Positions 1 to 7,589 of a stretch of 12,156 nt of DNA are shown piece after piece. The notes below the pieces were generated by a model. The model was given only the letters and a program-made list of their open reading frames with translations, ran no database searches and had not been told where the DNA came from. Source of the stretch: Candidatus Zixiibacteriota bacterium (GTDB taxonomy: Bacteria > Zixibacteria > MSB-5A5 > WJJR01); NCBI GenBank assembly GCA_036170655.1, contig JAVHPP010000096.1, forward strand, positions 1 to 12,156. Reading direction: 5' to 3'. The position numbers and the translations under genes were made by a program. The stretch's first letter is position 1. Every line of letters begins with the position of its first letter.

Positions 1-512
1 TTGCCGTTACCGATCATCGCGTGGTAGCGGACTGTTCGCGCCTGGTCGAATGACCCTTTGACCGCCACGCCGAACTCGCGCGCGGACCCCATGCGTTGCA
101 GGTCCAGCGGCGTCTTCTCCACGGAACGGTAGTTCCAGACATTCTCGATGACATCCCACGTGGGCGACGGTGAGATCCCGGCCAGCACCTCGTGCGACCC
201 ATGCTTCCAACGCAGGTACGCGTCCTTCACCGTCATACTGAGTGCCGCGGCATCGGCAGAATAGTCACCCTTGTTCGACGCCTCCAGACGAAATCGCGTG
301 TCCCAATCTGCGGCCAGCGGCTGATCGTAAGTGAAATAGATTCGGCGCAGCCAAAAACCATTCTGGTTCTTCAGCGAGTCCCGATGATTGGCAACGATGG
401 CATAGTAATCGCCGAAGATGGTGCCGCTGATCTTTCCCTCCGCGGCCGGTGCGCGCTCAGGCAAGGCGACGAGGCTCAGAAGCAGAACAGGTGCGAGGAA
501 ACGTTGGAACAT
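1..512 (-). CDS. Secreted outer-membrane beta-barrel protein, probably a phosphate-selective porin (OprO/OprP-like); its C-terminal part is truncated by the window edge
   Basis: Hand translation from the ATG at 512 (SD AAGGAGG at 523-517) is open to the window edge: MFQRFLAPVLLLSLVALPERAPAAEGKISGTIFGDYYAIVANHRDSLKNQNGFWLRRIYFTYDQPLAADWDTRFRLEASNKGDYSADAAALSMTVKDAYLRWKHGSHEVLAGISPSPTWDVIENVWNYRSVEKTPLDLQRMGSAREFGVAVKGSFDQARTVRYHAMIGNG. It has a Sec signal peptide (basic N region, hydrophobic core, A-P-A cleavage site) and alternating aromatic beta-strands. The motifs F.LRR, DAYL, RE.G and GNG resemble the Porin_O_P family. It lies directly downstream of phoBR. The coding call is strong; the phosphate specificity is inferred. 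Confidence 0.75.
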   Translation of the reverse strand, partial: MFQRFLAPVLLLSLVALPERAPAAEGKISGTIFGDYYAIVANHRDSLKNQNGFWLRRIYFTYDQPLAADWDTRFRLEASNKGDYSADAAALSMTVKDAYLRWKHGSHEVLAGISPSPTWDVIENVWNYRSVEKTPLDLQRMGSAREFGVAVKGSFDQARTVRYHAMIGNG

Positions 513-666
513 GTGGCCTCCTTGGAAACAGGTTTCTTGGGTGAGGACTTTGTTCATGTCTGTGGCTTGGCGCTGCGTTCGTTGTCTTCTCTTGCACGTC
601 ATGCACGCCTCACGAACGCCATCTGTGGCGTCCGCTTACTACTGAAACGGATGCAAGATTGCGTCC

Positions 667-695
667 GGATGAACTCTGTGTTAATTCGGTGTTAA
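667..695 (-). promoter_or_regulatory. Candidate Pho box (11-bp-periodic direct repeat) upstream of the porin gene
   Basis: The minus strand reads TTAACAC-cgaa-TTAACAC-agag-TTCATCC (units at 695-689, 684-678, 673-667). The exact 11-bp period is typical of OmpR/PhoB-family sites, and the half-site resembles the Bacillus PhoP TT(A/T/C)ACA and cyanobacterial SphR-type boxes. Confidence 0.65.
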
Positions 696-696
696 G

Positions 697-712
697 AGAC
701 GGGATTCCGTCT
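697..712 (-). terminator. Small hairpin just after the phoR stop codon (weak terminator or processing site candidate)
   Basis: AGACGG-gatt-CCGTCT forms a 6-bp stem 13 nt past the phoR stop. There is no real U-tract. Confidence 0.25.
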
Positions 713-725
713 GGATGATCGCGGA

Positions 726-2546
726 TCAAGCCCCGGCGGAAGCGGATTCCGCCACGGGCTGCGGCAGAACGATAATCAGGCGGCTCCCCTGCGGAATGAC
801 GGGCTCATAACGTGCCGATCCGCCATGCGCCTCGGCCAGATGCTTGACGATGGCCAGACCGAGGCCAGTCCCGCCTGAATCACGGGACCGTGCCCGGTCT
901 ACACGGAAGAAGCGTTCGAACAAACGCGGACGGTCAGACTCCGGGACGCCGATGCCATCATCGCTGACAGTGAGCACAACCTCGTCCGCAGCACGCTGTG
1001 CCGCAATCGTGATCTGCCCGCCATCGGGGGTGTACTTGTGGGCGTTGTCGACAAGATTGGTGAGGATCCGGAGGACAGCGTTTCGGTCGGCCGTGATGGC
1101 ATCCGCCGACGCGTCAATCGCGATCGTCAGTGTCTGATGTTCTGCGCAGAGCATGGTGGAAACGCTGAGACTGACCTCCTCGGCCAGCGCCCGCAGGGAG
1201 AAACTCGTAAGGTTCAGCTGAAAACCGCTCGACTCAATGCGTGAGAGTTCCAGGAGATCACCAACGATGCTGTTCATCCGTCCGGCATTGCGCCCGATCG
1301 TATCCAGAAACTCCGCCGTCTGTGGATCAGTGGGCAGACGATCCCGCAACGCCTCGAGATATCCGAGGACCGACGTCAGCGGCGTGCGCAATTCATGCGA
1401 CACGTTGGCCACAAAGTCGCGCCGCATTTCCTGTATTCGCCGGCGTGCCGTCACATCACGCGCGAGCAAGACGCCGCGCACTTCGTTGCCGCCCGCATCC
1501 GGAATCACGGCCATGCGCACAACGAGAATGCGGCGGCCCGGGGAAAGGGTCGTGAGTTCTCCTTCCTCACCAGAAGAGCCGGCCAACATCTTCTCGATCT
1601 GTTCATTGAGGCTTTGATCGCGGAATGTCTCCGTGTGGTGATGCCCGACCGGCTCGTCGAAAACCGACCGAAAGTACCGCAGAAATGTCTGATTGACGTG
1701 ACGGACGACACCGTGTCCATCGACGGCCAGGAGTCCGTCATTCATGTTGGCAATCACGGTTTGCAGTTGGTCGCGTTCGTGGCGGCTCTCTGCGAACCGG
1801 GACTTGACCTCGCCAGCCATACGGTTGAACGCATGCGCAACCGCCGAGAACGCATTCGACCGGCGATACGGATCAATCGCAATGCGCGCGTCCAAATCCC
1901 CTTGGGAGATCCGCGCAGCCGCCGTGGCCAGCCGCGTCAATTCCCGATGCGATGACGCCGAGAGCCAGGCGCTGAGTGCCGTCACAACCACCACCGTTCC
2001 CCCCAACAGCCAGAGAAACAGCCGCCGGATAGCGGCCTGCTGCCCGCTCAGCGTATCCAGGGAGACAGCCAGCCGCACAATCACTCCGACGCGGCCGTCG
2101 TGCTCACTCTGGTGAGCAACGTACAGAATATCGGAACGCGACTCGCTGGGCTGGCGGATGTTCCAGCCCTGGCCCGCGTCCAACGCGTCTCTCACTTCCG
2201 GCAAGTCACGCAGCGCATCCGGGGAGCCGGCCATCAGATCGGGATTATCCGGATCGGTCAGCGGGATTCCCGCACTGTCGAAGAAGCTGACATGAGTTGC
2301 CAGATCATCCCGCCACTGTACCGCAAGTTCCGGCCAGTTGACAGTCGTGTCCTGGTCGGCCGCCAACAGTTCCACTTGCCGGGCAAGGAGCGCGGCCTCG
2401 CGACCGACCTGCTCGCGGAGGAAGTCGATGTCGTGGCGCCGAGTGAGCCTGGACAGCAGAACGCCAGCGATGAGTAACGAGAGAACTCCGGCCGCGACAA
2501 AAGGCAGCGCCCGGCGGAAGTGACTCTCAGCGCGCACGGATATCAT
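726..2546 (-). CDS. phoR: PhoR-type sensor histidine kinase (TM - extracytoplasmic Cache-like domain - TM - HAMP - PAS - HisKA - HATPase)
   Basis: 606 aa. H-box RRDFVANVSHELRTPLT, N-box NLVDNAHKYT, G1 DDGIG, F/G2 LFERFFRVDRARSRDSGGTGLGLAIVKH (a PhoR-typical signature), PAS entry NMNDGLLAVD and two TM segments. It starts 3 nt after the response regulator stop. Confidence 0.88.
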   Translation of the reverse strand: MISVRAESHFRRALPFVAAGVLSLLIAGVLLSRLTRRHDIDFLREQVGREAALLARQVELLAADQDTTVNWPELAVQWRDDLATHVSFFDSAGIPLTDPDNPDLMAGSPDALRDLPEVRDALDAGQGWNIRQPSESRSDILYVAHQSEHDGRVGVIVRLAVSLDTLSGQQAAIRRLFLWLLGGTVVVVTALSAWLSASSHRELTRLATAAARISQGDLDARIAIDPYRRSNAFSAVAHAFNRMAGEVKSRFAESRHERDQLQTVIANMNDGLLAVDGHGVVRHVNQTFLRYFRSVFDEPVGHHHTETFRDQSLNEQIEKMLAGSSGEEGELTTLSPGRRILVVRMAVIPDAGGNEVRGVLLARDVTARRRIQEMRRDFVANVSHELRTPLTSVLGYLEALRDRLPTDPQTAEFLDTIGRNAGRMNSIVGDLLELSRIESSGFQLNLTSFSLRALAEEVSLSVSTMLCAEHQTLTIAIDASADAITADRNAVLRILTNLVDNAHKYTPDGGQITIAAQRAADEVVLTVSDDGIGVPESDRPRLFERFFRVDRARSRDSGGTGLGLAIVKHLAEAHGGSARYEPVIPQGSRLIIVLPQPVAESASAGA

Positions 2547-2549
2547 GTG

Positions 2550-3302
2550 TTAGAGAACTTCCCGCAGTTTATAGCCAATGCTCTTAACGGTGACAATCGC
2601 TTCTGTCAGAGATGGGATTTTCTCCCGCAGATGCCGGATGTGGACATCGACCGTGCGTGTCGTGCCAACATAATCATATCCCCAGACAGAACTGAGGAGA
2701 AATTCGCGCGTCAGTACACGACCCGTCCGGCTCAGAAACGCTTCGAGGAGCGCAAATTCCTTGGCGGTCAGGGTGACGTCATGTCCTGCGTCGGTGACCT
2801 CGTGTTTGGCGCTATCAAGGACAATCGCCCCATACCGGTGAACCGCCAGCGACGGCTCGTTCCGCTCCAGCCGCCGGAAGATCGCCTTGACACGTGCCAC
2901 GAGTTCTTTGGGAGAAAATGGTTTCGTAAGATAGTCGTCAGCCCCGATCTCAAGCCCCACCACCTTGTCGGTTTCCTCCCCCTTGGCTGTCAGCATGATG
3001 ATCGGAATCGCCAGCGTCTTTTCGTCACGCCGGAGACGGCGGCAGACTTCCAAGCCATCCATGCCGGGGAGCATCAGGTCGAGGATGATCAAGTCGGGGA
3101 TCGCAGACGGTATCCGCGTCAGAGCAACACGTCCATCGCCCACGCAACCTGTAGAAAAACCTTCCCTTTCGAGGAAGTGCGTGAGCAACCGGGCAATGTC
3201 GCGATCGTCCTCGACTACGAGGATATTCTTTGGCGCGGCCATCTTTCGGTCATCCGGCTGTGGGTCGGGCCTGCCTTCGCCCCTTTGATTGGTCCTCTTC
3301 AT
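2550..3302 (-). CDS. phoB: OmpR/PhoB-family response regulator (PhoB/PhoP-like)
   Basis: Receiver motifs ILVVEDD, DLIILDLMLPGMDG (phospho-Asp), MLTAKGEETDKVVGLEIGADDYLTKPFS and wHTH motifs LTAKEFALL and TRTVDVHIRHLREKI. The start is either 3302 (GAGG SD upstream) or 3242 (MAAPKNIL). Confidence 0.85.
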   Translation of the reverse strand: MKRTNQRGEGRPDPQPDDRKMAAPKNILVVEDDRDIARLLTHFLEREGFSTGCVGDGRVALTRIPSAIPDLIILDLMLPGMDGLEVCRRLRRDEKTLAIPIIMLTAKGEETDKVVGLEIGADDYLTKPFSPKELVARVKAIFRRLERNEPSLAVHRYGAIVLDSAKHEVTDAGHDVTLTAKEFALLEAFLSRTGRVLTREFLLSSVWGYDYVGTTRTVDVHIRHLREKIPSLTEAIVTVKSIGYKLREVL

Positions 3303-3507
3303 CGCGCCTCTGCCGACGTCAATTCATAGCATGAAGTCAAACATTGCAAGCGGCATCCCTGGCCAGGGACTCCTCAGCGTCACGAATGTCCGGGAATGCC
3401 GAAGATTCCTTGCCTATGACTTCGACGGACCTGTATTTTGACCGGTCGGGAATGTTCACGCGCAGGTCAATGGGAATGGCGTCTTCGCACGGAGTTCGGG
3501 AGGTCAT
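3303..3507. promoter_or_regulatory. Divergent promoter region between phoBR and the men operon
   Basis: A 205-bp gap between head-to-head genes. Possible sigma70 elements are TTGCCT-N18-TATTTT (+, 3410-3439) and TTGCAA ... TGcTATGAA (-, 3349-3323). The menF SD GGAGGT is at 3499-3504. The individual elements are tentative. Confidence 0.5.
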
Positions 3508-4944
3508 GTGATCTCGAAGGCCGCCTTCGACGCGCTCCCGCGAACAGACCGCAATCCTATTTTCGCGGACGCTTCGCTGGCCCCCCTCGCCCGAGAGGCC
3601 ATCGCTCGCGCCAGAGAGTTGCAAGCCACGGTCTATCTCGTGTGGACGGAGCCGGCGACAGCGGCCGATCCGATTGCCTGGCTGCAACACTTCGCCACCT
3701 GTCCATCGGTGTACTGGAAAGGACGGTACGCATCCTCGGAATATGCGGCAGCCGGGGCAGTTCTGCAGATCCACGCCGACGGACCGGACGCGTTGGCATC
3801 GGCTTGCGCGCAGGCCGAAGCCACGCTCTCACGGCACGTCGTGTCCTCGGTCTCGTCTCCTGTGTTGCAGCCGCGCTTCTTCGGCGGATTTGCCTTCGAT
3901 CCGGCTCGGAGAAGAGATGCACTGTGGACGGGGTACGATGATGCGCACCTGATCCTTCCCGAGGCGGTCTATATCCGGGATTCGGGTAGTGCCTGGCTCC
4001 TCCTGACCATCCCCGTCGAACCAGGCGATGCGCCGGAAGGCGTGGTGCGTTCTTCTCTTGCGATTGTCAGAAAGTACATGCCGGTGGCCACGCCGGCCCC
4101 ACTGATGCCGCTGCCCAAAATCGGCGATCTCGAACCGCTCAACCCGCCCGCCGAGTCAGGCTGGACCGCCATGGTGCAGCATGCTCTTGACCGCGTATCA
4201 GAGGGAACGCTCAACAAGGTGGTCCTCGCACGGCGCCTACGGTTGAGAAGCAAAGCAGGTCTCCCCCGCTGGCCAGTTATGGCCCGTCTGCGCGACATGG
4301 CAACCGGATGCTTTCATTTCGCCTTCAGTCTCCGCCATGATCGTACGTTTCTGGGCGCCACGCCAGAGCGGCTCTTCTATCGCGACAAGGCCAATCTGGA
4401 AACCGAGTGCATCGCCGGTACCATTGGACGCGGCAACAACAGCGATGCCGACCAGTCTCTGGCCATGTTGCTGCTCGCCAGCGAAAAGGACCGTCGTGAA
4501 CACGACTATGTTATCGAAGACATGCTGCACTGTCTTGGTGATCTGTGCGAGCGGCTCGACGCATCCACCGCTCCGCGTGTTGTCAAGTTGCCAACCCTGC
4601 AGCATCTGTTGACTACAGCGCATGGGCGCCTGCGCGAGGCAGTTACGCTGGGTGAAATCCTCGACGGCCTGCATCCGACGCCGGCCGTGGGCGGGTTCCC
4701 TCGTGAAACAGCGTTGGCCGCCATTCGCGAACTGGAACACGATGCGCGCGGATGGTACGCCGGGCCGGTCGGATGGATCGCGCGCGACCAGGCCGAATTC
4801 GCCGTCGCCATCCGCTCGGCAATGCTGGTGGAACGCGAGGCGGTTCTCTTTGCTGGCGCGGGCATTGTCGCCGGATCCATCCCCGAAAGAGAGTGGCGTG
4901 AAACCGAGGATAAGGCGCGCGCCTTCTTGAAGGCCCTCTCGTGA
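3508..4944 (+). CDS. menF: Isochorismate synthase
   Basis: 478 aa, GTG start with SD. Motifs KVVLAR, FLGATPERL, IAGT, KDRREH, LHPTPAVGGFP, RGWYAGPVGW, FAVAIRS and AGAGIVAGS. First gene of the men operon. Confidence 0.95.
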   Translation: MISKAAFDALPRTDRNPIFADASLAPLAREAIARARELQATVYLVWTEPATAADPIAWLQHFATCPSVYWKGRYASSEYAAAGAVLQIHADGPDALASACAQAEATLSRHVVSSVSSPVLQPRFFGGFAFDPARRRDALWTGYDDAHLILPEAVYIRDSGSAWLLLTIPVEPGDAPEGVVRSSLAIVRKYMPVATPAPLMPLPKIGDLEPLNPPAESGWTAMVQHALDRVSEGTLNKVVLARRLRLRSKAGLPRWPVMARLRDMATGCFHFAFSLRHDRTFLGATPERLFYRDKANLETECIAGTIGRGNNSDADQSLAMLLLASEKDRREHDYVIEDMLHCLGDLCERLDASTAPRVVKLPTLQHLLTTAHGRLREAVTLGEILDGLHPTPAVGGFPRETALAAIRELEHDARGWYAGPVGWIARDQAEFAVAIRSAMLVEREAVLFAGAGIVAGSIPEREWRETEDKARAFLKALS

Positions 4945-6731
4945 CCGAGCATCTTCCCACGGAAGAGCGCAACCTCATCTGGTCGCTGCACCTGGTGCGC
5001 GGGCTGTATCAATCCGGCGTGCGGCACTTTGTCGTGTCGTCGGGATCACGGTGTTCCCCCCTTGTTCTGGCGGTGGCGCATACACTGGGCATCCACATCT
5101 GGACGCAGATCGATGAACGATCAGCCGCATTCTGGGGACTGGGTATCGGCAAAGCCACCCGCCTCCCGGCCGCAGTCATCGGCACCTCCGGCACCGCAGC
5201 GGCTAATGATTTCCCGGCGGTCATCGAAGCGCGACTGTCGCGCACGCCTCTGATCATTCTCACGGCGGACCGCCCGCCGGAACTCCGCCGGAAGGGAGCG
5301 CCGCAAACGATCGATCAGGTGGATCTCTATGGCCGGTATCCGCTGTTCTTCTGCGACCTGCCAGCACCCGACGATCCGGGTTCCAGCGCGGCAGAATGGG
5401 AACGCATCGGGACGGATGCGGTGCGTGCGTCGCTGGGGCCGTCACTCGGTCCGGTGCATCTGAATGTGCCCTTTCGTGAACCGCTGATTCCCGACCCTGA
5501 GCGTACTAATGCGATCATCTCGGCCCTGCAATTTGAAGACGGTGCCCTCTCCCCGGAACCAGTTGGGAATGCCGATCCTGCGTCGCCGCGTCAAGTGCTT
5601 CCCGGAGAGATATGGGACCAAATTGCTGACAGGATGAGCGACGCCCGACAGGGACTGATCATCTGTGGGCCGCAGAACGCCGGTGACGATCTGGGGCCAG
5701 CGGTCGCGGCGTTGGCGGCGGCCTCCGGGTTTCCCGCACTGGCGGACATCGCATCGCAGGCGCGATTTGGAGTACGTAATCACAGCAACGTCATCTCCCA
5801 CCACGATCTGTGTCTGCGCGATCCCGCCTTTGCATCCGGGGTGCCACCTGATCTGGTGATCCGGCTCGGCGGACTGCCGACATCGAAGATCCTCAACGAA
5901 TGGCTTGCGGCACAGACCTGCGAACAGATCCTGGTCGACGATCACGCAGACATTGCTGACCCGTATGCGACGGGTACGCTGACCATCGTCAGCAATTTGG
6001 ACAAAGCATGCGCTTCACTCGCGAGACGCCTCAGAACGATCCGGCCAGCGCCGAACGATTATCTGAGCCGCTGGCGGACCGCTGACACAAAGACAGCCGA
6101 ACTCCTGCACGAAGGCCACACAGAGAATGGCCAGCCCTTTGAAGGAGACATCGTCGCTTCGGTTTTCCGTTTGGCTCCGGCGGGGACAACGATTGTTCTT
6201 TCCAACAGTCTCCCGATTCGCCTGGCGGAGTTCTATGCCACCGGTCATGATCGTCCCGTGCGCGTGCTCTGCAACAGGGGCGCCAATGGAATCGATGGGG
6301 TGGTATCGACCGCGGGCGGCATAGCCGCCGCTCTCCAGCATCCTGTGGTGCTCGTCATCGGCGATGTCGCTCTGTTGCACGATCTCAACGGCCTTCTCGA
6401 AGTACGGCGGACCGACCTGCCCCTCAAGATTGTCCTCTTGAACAACGATGGCGGGGGAATCTTTTCGTTTCTTCCGATCGCAGCCCATCGCGACCTGTTC
6501 GAACCGCTGGTGGCGATGCCGCAGGGGCGCGACTTCGCCCATGCCGCCGCCTTTCACGGTGTCCTCCATCGCCAGATTGAATCGCTGGCTGAATTCAACG
6601 ACGCTTACGCGCACTGTCTCGCATCACCGGGACCGGAATTACTGGAGATCCGTTCGGACAGATCTCATACGCTGGCCGTCAGCCAGACGATCGAGCGTCT
6701 CGTCTCGGCAAAGATTGGTAGTTCGGCGTGA
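4941..6731 (+). CDS. menD: SEPHCHC synthase (ThDP-dependent)
   Basis: 596 aa. Motifs GSR.SPL, DERSAAF, TSGTAAAN, TADRPPEL, GPVHLNVPFREPL and NRGANGIDG, plus the ThDP motif GDVALLHD...NNDGGGIF. GTGA overlap with menF. Confidence 0.97.
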   Translation: MTEHLPTEERNLIWSLHLVRGLYQSGVRHFVVSSGSRCSPLVLAVAHTLGIHIWTQIDERSAAFWGLGIGKATRLPAAVIGTSGTAAANDFPAVIEARLSRTPLIILTADRPPELRRKGAPQTIDQVDLYGRYPLFFCDLPAPDDPGSSAAEWERIGTDAVRASLGPSLGPVHLNVPFREPLIPDPERTNAIISALQFEDGALSPEPVGNADPASPRQVLPGEIWDQIADRMSDARQGLIICGPQNAGDDLGPAVAALAAASGFPALADIASQARFGVRNHSNVISHHDLCLRDPAFASGVPPDLVIRLGGLPTSKILNEWLAAQTCEQILVDDHADIADPYATGTLTIVSNLDKACASLARRLRTIRPAPNDYLSRWRTADTKTAELLHEGHTENGQPFEGDIVASVFRLAPAGTTIVLSNSLPIRLAEFYATGHDRPVRVLCNRGANGIDGVVSTAGGIAAALQHPVVLVIGDVALLHDLNGLLEVRRTDLPLKIVLLNNDGGGIFSFLPIAAHRDLFEPLVAMPQGRDFAHAAAFHGVLHRQIESLAEFNDAYAHCLASPGPELLEIRSDRSHTLAVSQTIERLVSAKIGSSA

Positions 6732-7582
6732 ACACGTTCGTGGTCATCGGGCAGACGAAATGGCAGGTTGCGGATGACGGTCTCGTTGGCCGGCCGGGGT
6801 TGCTGTTGCTACACGGATTCACCGGCTGCATCGCGCTCTGGGACGATGTGGTGGACCTGCTCAAGACCGATTTCCGGTGCATCCGTGTCGATTTGCCGGG
6901 GCACGGCAAGACCGAGACCTCTGCGAATGAAGCATCGTTCCACATGGAACCAGTCGCCCGAGCCCTGACCGAATTGCTCGATCGCCTGAAAATCGATCGA
7001 ATTCACGTCTGGGGATATTCCATGGGTGGCCGCCTGGCATTGCACCTGGCGCTCATGTTCCCCGCTCGCGTCCAATGTCTGATTTTGGAGAGCGCCTCGC
7101 CGGGGCTTGCTGACGCTACCGAACGGCGGCAGCGGAAGGATGCGGACGACCGTCTGGCCAATCAGATCAAACAGAATGGCGTGGCGGCTTTCGTCGATGA
7201 ATGGATGTCCCGTCCGCTATTCGCAGCGCAGAGGACTCTCCCAGCGAAACGACAGCAGCGGGCGCGTGAACTACGCCTGCAGCAGACAGCTGCGGGACTC
7301 GCGCTGAGTCTGCACGGCATGGGAGTCGGCGTCCAACAGCCATTGCACGACCAGCTGGGAGAATTGCAGTCGCCGACACTGGTCATGGCCGGTGAACTCG
7401 ACGACAAGTTTCGCGCGATTGGAATGTCGATGGCCGACGCTATCCCTCGCGCTGTTTATTGTCTGATGCCCCAAGCCGGTCATGCGCCATACTGGGAGCA
7501 GCCGGAGGCATGCGTCAATATGGTCCGGCCATTCTTGCAGGGGGACGGCATCTCCGGTGATCACACGGTGGCAGGAGGGTAA
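6728..7582 (+). CDS. menH: SHCHC synthase (alpha/beta hydrolase fold)
   Basis: 284 aa. LHGFTG, GYSMGGR (catalytic Ser), GELDDKF (Asp), AGHAP (His) and [12 protein letters not shown] overlap with menD. Confidence 0.95.
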   Translation: MNTFVVIGQTKWQVADDGLVGRPGLLLLHGFTGCIALWDDVVDLLKTDFRCIRVDLPGHGKTETSANEASFHMEPVARALTELLDRLKIDRIHVWGYSMGGRLALHLALMFPARVQCLILESASPGLADATERRQRKDADDRLANQIKQNGVAAFVDEWMSRPLFAAQRTLPAKRQQRARELRLQQTAAGLALSLHGMGVGVQQPLHDQLGELQSPTLVMAGELDDKFRAIGMSMADAIPRAVYCLMPQAGHAPYWEQPEACVNMVRPFLQGDGISGDHTVAGG

Positions 7583-7589
7583 AATAACG

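Noticed and set aside
513..602. Longer porin start at ATG 602 or 557
   Set aside because: Only ATG 512 has a strong SD and places the signal peptide at the N-terminus.
192..695. 167-aa plus-strand ORF, and the small ORFs 7..210, 14..202 and 418..645
   Set aside because: They are antisense or off-frame shadows of the porin-like gene and have no recognisable motifs.
2520..3329. 269-aa ORF antisense to phoB
   Set aside because: It is a typical antisense shadow of a conserved high-GC gene, with no domain signature.
6728..7582. MenH as the missing DHNA-CoA thioesterase
   Set aside because: This is a historical misannotation. The motifs and position match the established SHCHC synthase.
7482..7589. 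36-aa N-terminal extension of MenB in the ORF track
   Set aside because: It overlaps menH by about 100 nt. ATG 7590 has an SD and gives the normal MenB length.
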